Positions 62,634-64,000 of a stretch of DNA of 64,000 bases are shown piece after piece. Under the pieces are notes generated by a model, which saw only the letters and a list, made by a program, of their open reading frames with translations, did no database searches and had not been told where the DNA came from. The stretch lies in the NCBI GenBank assembly GCA_024704765.1, contig JAKMXF010000310.1, forward strand, positions 558,001 through 622,000, read 5' to 3'. Position 1 is the first letter of the stretch, and every line of letters starts with the position of its first letter. The position numbers and the translations under genes are program-made. This DNA is from Oopsacas minuta. Taxonomy: Eukaryota; Animalia; Porifera.

Positions 62634-64000
62634 TTATATTCGATTCAATTCATTATTCAACTTGTTTAGATTGTATAAATGAGGCTCAAATGTGTGTCCA
62701 CTATTGACTAGATTATCAAAATAGATTCTTCTCTTCTTTACAGAAAAACTCTTAGATGTTAGGAACTGTTCTCGAATAGCCTTCCCACCGAACTGGATCA
62801 ATCTCCGTTTAATCTGCCTGCAATATTCAAACACTTTCAGCTTGACTTCTTTATGTTTCTTCGGAATATTCTCTTTCGCGTATAATTTAACTGCTGTGAT
62901 TATCGGGAATATATGAATACAATTCTTGATAAATGTATCCAAATCTCCAAGAACACGAGTAGTAAGAGCAGCTAGTTTGGGCAGGTTTAACGAAAGGCAG
63001 CTGACCTCTGCGATTATCTCCTTAGTAAGAGATAAATGTACTAACTCTATGAGTTCTATAATCGTACCAGAAGGTGTTACAAAGGTTGTGGAGATCTCTT
63101 CATCACGATTTCCCTGCAAAATTGAGAATTTTATGTAACAAGGGAGTCCATAGAGAATATAGAGCAATGTCTGCCCCCAATCACTACCCAGGGGGATTTC
63201 TTTTTGTCCCACACTTAAGTGTTGATCATCTAAAGTGAATCGATTCACTGACCTCGTCACAATCATAAACTTGGAGGTCGGCTCAATAGGAAACCGATGA
63301 ATATCTAATGTCCCGTAAGTGAAAGAAAGGAATTTAAGTCGTCGTGGATTATGTTCAACATTTGAAATGTAGTGTCTACATACAGGTGATTCCATTTCAA
63401 TGTTTTTTATTATTTCAATCTGTTTGTCTTTGAAATCATCGGGGTCAGGACCCATCATGTGATTACCTCTGTAATCCTTTCCTTCTAGAGTTATCTTTGG
63501 AGCCTGCAGACAGATACACCGCAAATATTTCTTCATTATCTCGTTAAGACTTGTTACTTCCGAAGGAAGAGAATCTATAAATAGCACTGAAGAATCATTA
63601 GAGACTGAATTTGCATCAACACCTACTCTACTATTATCCTTCAGATGCGTAACAACATCAATTGGATCGAAATATTGGAAGGGAGAGTTTGGAAATAGAA
63701 TAAGAGATCCACTATGTCTCCCTATCCAACTAACTTCATGTCTAGATCCTGTAGCACCTTTGGAAGAGAAACCATCGAACCTATCTCTGTCCCAGAAATC
63801 AACTTGTACACCCAGTAATTCGAATAGTCTTTGCCAGAGTACGAACTCCTTTCTTGAAATAGATTTATCAGTTACGAACAGAATATCAGCTGGTGGATGT
63901 GAAGGGATATAAAAGGGTATGACACGAATAAAATGCTGGCGATACTCAATCAGTTTTCCTCTCAAGATAAGATCTACTTGCACTGGACATCTGTCAAACA
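62634..64000 (-). CDS. 3' part of a large uncharacterised protein; the frame is open to the window edge
   Basis: More than 450 stop-free codons with globular alpha/beta-like composition (ADILFVTD..LWQRLFELLGVQVDFWD) and a basic C-terminus. No family confidently recognised. Confidence 0.75.
   Translation of the reverse strand, partial: FDRCPVQVDLILRGKLIEYRQHFIRVIPFYIPSHPPADILFVTDKSISRKEFVLWQRLFELLGVQVDFWDRDRFDGFSSKGATGSRHEVSWIGRHSGSLILFPNSPFQYFDPIDVVTHLKDNSRVGVDANSVSNDSSVLFIDSLPSEVTSLNEIMKKYLRCICLQAPKITLEGKDYRGNHMMGPDPDDFKDKQIEIIKNIEMESPVCRHYISNVEHNPRRLKFLSFTYGTLDIHRFPIEPTSKFMIVTRSVNRFTLDDQHLSVGQKEIPLGSDWGQTLLYILYGLPCYIKFSILQGNRDEEISTTFVTPSGTIIELIELVHLSLTKEIIAEVSCLSLNLPKLAALTTRVLGDLDTFIKNCIHIFPIITAVKLYAKENIPKKHKEVKLKVFEYCRQIKRRLIQFGGKAIREQFLTSKSFSVKKRRIYFDNLVNSGHTFEPHLYNLNKLNNELNRI

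Overview
AT-rich eukaryotic (animal) DNA. Many genes are intronless and conserved, there is a lineage-expanded coiled-coil/NHL-repeat family, and small DNA transposons are dense. This pattern resembles a compact sponge genome, possibly a glass sponge; the taxon is inferred, not shown. From 1 to 41 kb the conserved genes all lie on the minus strand: FAXDC2, RPP21, TMEM138, an isochorismatase-like hydrolase, DYNLT1, WDR41, a Discs-large MAGUK that I assembled exon by exon (9-10 exons), MOGS and TYMS. Between them are four NHL genes or pseudogenes, decayed pogo-like and KRBA2/SCAND3-like transposases, and an LRR-EGF-TM receptor pseudogene nested in a DLG intron. From 43 to 62 kb there are two inverted duplications. 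The first is a 1.6-kb foldback whose two ~725-bp arms each carry a divergent Maf-like bZIP gene split at an A_AAA_AAC heptamer. The second is a convergent pair of 3-exon PH + tyrosine-motif + FERM-like genes with patches of 100% identity, suggesting gene conversion. An unidentified large ORF runs off the right edge. I found no rRNA, tRNA or CRISPR array. Family assignments come from motif recognition and splice models from reading-frame logic; no database searches were run.
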